Assembly (NCBI GenBank): GCA_003228415.1
Contig: QIDL01000190.1
Span: forward strand, 1-28,054
Direction: 5' to 3'
Length of the DNA: 28,054 nucleotides
Source of the DNA: Gammaproteobacteria bacterium
GTDB lineage: Bacteria; Pseudomonadota; Gammaproteobacteria; Pseudomonadales; Azotimanducaceae
Below are positions 27,989 to 28,054 of the stretch, one piece after another. The stretch's first letter is position 1, and the number at the start of each line of letters is the position of its first letter. A model generated the notes under the pieces. The model was not told the DNA's origin. It did no database searches and was given only the letters and a program-made list of their open reading frames with translations. The position numbers and the translations under genes are program-made.

Positions 27989-28054
27989 CATCAACTTGAA
28001 GAGTCTGGGATTGGCTGCAACGATATCGCCGCTGTCCATGAAACCATCACCTCC
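27962..28054 (-). CDS. suhB: Inositol monophosphatase family protein SuhB, 3' end only
   Basis: Hand translation gives GGDGFMDSGDIVAANPRLFKLMIQAIRAAA then a stop (TGA at 27964-27962). It resembles the SuhB C-terminus (G-x-IVA-x-NP) and is convergent on secF, as in Pseudomonas. Only 30 aa are visible. Confidence 0.7.
   Translation of the reverse strand, partial: GGDGFMDSGDIVAANPRLFKLMIQAIRAAA

Overview
A core-genome window (GC-rich by eye, roughly 60%) from a gammaproteobacterium; fabY and the gene order suggest a Pseudomonadales/Cellvibrionales-like lineage. The left part holds fatty-acid and cofactor genes: a 3'-truncated fabY that the ORF track misses, a classical thiolase, moaB, and a divergent 1615-aa single-chain biotin carboxylase. 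That protein's domain order is unusual: CT-alpha, a ~460-aa unrecognised helical region, CT-beta, BC, BCCP. Next come a TSUP transporter/LysR pair, a ferrochelatase with an internal [2Fe-2S]-type Cys motif, a stand-alone hisH-hisF pair and a quinone oxidoreductase. The right part is the conserved block valS - hypothetical - holC - pepA / lptF - lptG / RDD - thiolase-like protein - tRNA-Leu(CAA) / queA - tgt - yajC - secD - secF / suhB (partial). I saw no integrase, transposase, CRISPR array or rRNA. The two strongest leads are (1) the permuted all-in-one acyl-CoA carboxylase beside fabY and (2) the acidic ORF between holC and valS, whose architecture and position resemble the alphaproteobacterial polar organiser PopZ. 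All family assignments rest on motif recognition by eye; no database searches were run.
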